Source: Zygnema circumcarinatum SAG 698-1b
Taxonomy: Eukaryota; Plantae; Zygnematophyceae
Direction of reading: 5' to 3'
DNA length: 64,000 nt
Assembly: GCA_037447605.1 (NCBI GenBank)
Contig: CM074819.1
Span: forward strand, 1,138,297 to 1,202,296
Every line of letters begins with the position of its first letter. Positions within the stretch are counted from its first letter, which is position 1. The translations under genes and the position numbers were made by a program. Shown piece by piece: positions 61,013-64,000 of this stretch. The notes beneath the pieces were generated by a model, which worked only from the letters and a program-made list of their open reading frames with translations, was not told the DNA's origin and made no database searches.

Positions 61013-62599
61013 AGGAGGGAGGGAGGGAGGGAGGGAGGGAGGGAGGGAGGGAGGGAGGGGGGGAGGGAGGGAGGGAGGGAGGGAGGGGGGGGGCGGGGGG
61101 GAGGGGTAGGAGGGAGAGGATAGCAGAGGACCTCACAGACGGAGTCGAACAACAAGGTTGTAAGTGGGATAAGGATTTGGTGAGGGCTGCTTAGAGCCCG
61201 AATAGTTCGGGATCGTGTACATTTAGTAGACTTTCTTTTCATCAGCGGGCAAACGAATCTGAATAACATGGGATAGGAACCCAAAAGCACCCTCATTTGC
61301 ATTTATTTGTTTGTTTTTTTGTTATCGTAGTTGAAGGCGATGATGCTGCTTCAAGTAGCAGGCAAAGCGCGTGAGCAGAAGCTTTGCTTTTTAGGTTTGG
61401 GCCTTGGCGTCAGTTTCAGTTTCAGTTTCAGTTTTGCAATAGACGGCAAGGACAGGCCTCCTGTTGCTGATCACTATGTGGCTGCGCATTGTGTTCAATT
61501 TCAAGCTCCAGTTTTGAATGAACAAGATTGCGGCAAGTGGATGGTCGCACGCTGTGATTGTTGACACGAATTGGAAACATAAGAAGGAAAATCTAAGAAA
61601 TGTAGGTGGACAATGGATTGAGGGCGTCGACAGCATGCGAAAGTATGAGAGTGAGCTACTGAGCTTGAATGACTAGCAAGAAAGGAGAGGGGAGCATCTA
61701 TCAAGGACTTTGACAAACCACAGAAGTAGTGACACTTTTGCATGCATGCAAGATAGTTCCATTTTCATTTGGATGAACATTTGACACGAGAGCGATGCCA
61801 GTTTCATTCGTTGTCTGCTTTTTGCATCTCTCATACTTCGCATGATTTTGGGCAGACGTATGTTGGGGCCGCCGACAAAAATACTTTTCCGCAGCCAATG
61901 AGCGCCGCCCATAGTGCCGCGCTGGCTACGACTGAACCGGCGGTGACCCCGGTTGCCGACGGTCCAAGTTTTCGTACGATACGGAAATCGTCCCTGGAAC
62001 TGAGGCTCTATGTGAAATCGATCACATCCGTAAGAAATCAGAAGTGGCACAACTGGATCATGTCAAGCCCGTCCGTACACAAACAACAAATATCGGAAGG
62101 AGAATCTATCCACAGGGATGTTCACACTACGTGGACGTTCCAACTGCTTAGAGTGCGTCGTTCTTCACCCAACTGACACGTGGCATAAAATCTAGCGGTC
62201 CAGCTGTCATCGCGCCGGCAGTGCTGGCACTACAACCTTGGCACGTGCGGTTGTCAGCCACCGACATAATTCGTACATTACCCATACGGCGCTACACTGT
62301 TTGGGCATCCGTACAGTTTACTAGTAATGTACGGCACCTCTCCCGGCCACAAAAATGGGCCCACCCATCCGTACGGTCCCAAAAACACCCAACTGCAAAA
62401 ACAGCAGGCCCTGTCCTTACCGCGTTGACCGCCCTGTCGGGCCTCCCTGACCGTCGATGCAAATATTTCGACGGCCAGGATTGAATCCACGTGGCGCCTC
62501 GGTGCAGGAAAGTCGGGACGATGTGGCAGTCCTTTTTGCGGCCGGAAGCAAAAAGCGCAGAGCGTGTCGTGACAGGGTAGCAAAAAGAGCCCCCTTGGG

Positions 62600-64000
62600 G
62601 CCGGGCGGGGGTTAGATATTTAACTAGGGGGGGAGGACTTGGAACCGCCGCTGGCTTCCTGCTGCTGCTGCTGCTGCTGCAGGAGGAGGGTGCTTGCTTG
62701 CAAGAGGGAGGGGAGGAGAGGGGACCTGCATCTGCAATAGGTTGCATTTGGAAGAGTATTGATACTAGCTGGAACGCGTATTGACGGATTTGAGGGAGAC
62801 AGCTGCCCGCTGACAGCTTTCGGTGGAGTTTTGGTGGGAAGTTTGGAGTTAGGCGGAGATAGAGGAGGCTTGGAAGGAAGTAGGGAGGTGTATTTGTGGA
62901 GGTTTTTGAGGAGTCTGGATTGGAATTGAAAGGGGAAAAGAGGGGGAAAGAGGGAAGAAAGATTTGAAAGGAAGTTGAGCGAGAGGAAGCAGGAGACGAC
63001 AGGAGTTTGGAGCGATCAGGTTGGCAGAGCTGCAGTATTTCCGTCGTAAAGAGTTCAGCCGCATGCGAGAATGATTGAAAATCTCTTGCGTCAGGTAAGA
63101 TATGTCACTTTCGAAAGGAAAGTGTCGTCTTGTCTTCATTCCTTTGATGGTTTAGGTGAGCTGGTCGATTCTTGAGGAGGGAGTTTTTCTGAGTGACCTT
63201 TAGAGCGTTTAGACAGGGAGCGATACTCTCTTGTTTAGCGTCAGGTCACGTGTTCCAGAGGATAAAGCTCAATGAACGCAGATTTTTTTAAAAAGTTCAG
63301 AATTTCCAATGAAGGAAGAGAGTCAGGTCAGGGTAATCGCAACGTGAGATGCAGGAGGATGCAAGCCCGTCGTCGAGTTAACTATTTCCTCCACTTGCTT
63401 TTATGTTTGCGTTTTACAGAAGTACTTTCTCACTTCTACAGTCTGCAGTGAAGTTTGCTGTAACCTAGAGAGTCTGTAGTCTTTGCTTGTTCAATCTGCT
63501 GCCGGCTTCCACTTGCCACTTTGAGTGCTAGTGATCAGTTTGCACCTGAAGGGCACTAATGTCCGGCTGTATTGCATGCATAGCAGGTTTAGTTTGATTG
63601 CACGCAGTAAGCCAGCAGGTTTCACAGTATAGTCATTACCATACATCTTGCGGTTTCAAACTTATTATTCAGGTCAGCTTCATGCTTTGCGTCTCAAGCT
63701 TATCATCACCAGGCATATATGGGCTTTCTCGCAGAATACCTTTTGTTATAGAAGGGGGTTGCACGCCTTTGTCGGTGTATCAATAGCATTTTTGTAACTG
63801 TTTAGGTTTTCATAGCTTTTCCTTTGGGGAACTTCTCATGATGTCGATGCTGTTCACGCAGTTCAGCACCTTTCTAAACAGTCATTCGTCTGGCTTTTTA
63901 TCAGAAAGTTAAAAATCTTTGGAGCTCTCTGCGGAGATTATCCTTGCGACACGGATCATTGTCACATTCATTCAGACGCAGCACACTAACTTTATGTCAG
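62600..64000 (+). other. Probable 5' end (promoter, UTR exons and introns) of an unidentified plus-strand gene
   Basis: GGGCCC site-II-like and CGTAC motifs at 62270-62380, a GA-rich leader, and candidate splice sites (CAG|GTAAGA ~63095; TTTAG|GTGAG ~63156). No recognisable coding exon. Confidence 0.3.

Noticed and set aside
61900-61960. Short inverted similarity to 6030-6065 (CGTCGG..GGTCACCGCCGGTT)
   Set aside because: About 25 bp of GC-rich match, too short to call a repeat family without a search.

Overview
Eukaryotic, intron-rich draft-assembly scaffold from a green plant. Gene content (RWA, GT92/GALS, RLK/Pelle kinase, LRR gene with one repeat per exon, CAO with an A-domain), CT/GA-rich introns and frequent AAACCCTA(A) suggest a streptophyte alga such as a Zygnematophyceae/Closterium-like species; this is inference. 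Genes reconstructed across GT-AG introns: CAO (-), a Methyltransf_22/METTL24-like protein (+), NDUFA12 (-), ATG9 (-), SRP receptor beta (+), tRNA-Glu(TTC) (-), an RWA/Cas1p O-acetyltransferase (-), a decayed RLK/Pelle kinase (-), a kinase-less LRR gene (+) and a GT92 galactan synthase-like gene (+). Mobile DNA: two copies of an unclassified TIR element built from palindromic 42-bp repeats (one carrying two nested insertions with target-site duplications), two Copia fragments, a solo LTR with a 5-bp TSD, and a possible CRE/RLE non-LTR 3' end. The most notable non-genic signals are a 13-unit ~38-bp array of G-box + MSA + CCA1-like motifs in the ATG9/SRbeta divergent promoter, TTAGGG arrays in the first introns of both genes, and CCGTAC/GTACGGAC clusters upstream of most genes. 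I found no CRISPR array, no prokaryote-type system and no clearly new protein system. Ten N-gaps limit interpretation of 37-45 kb and 54.5 kb.
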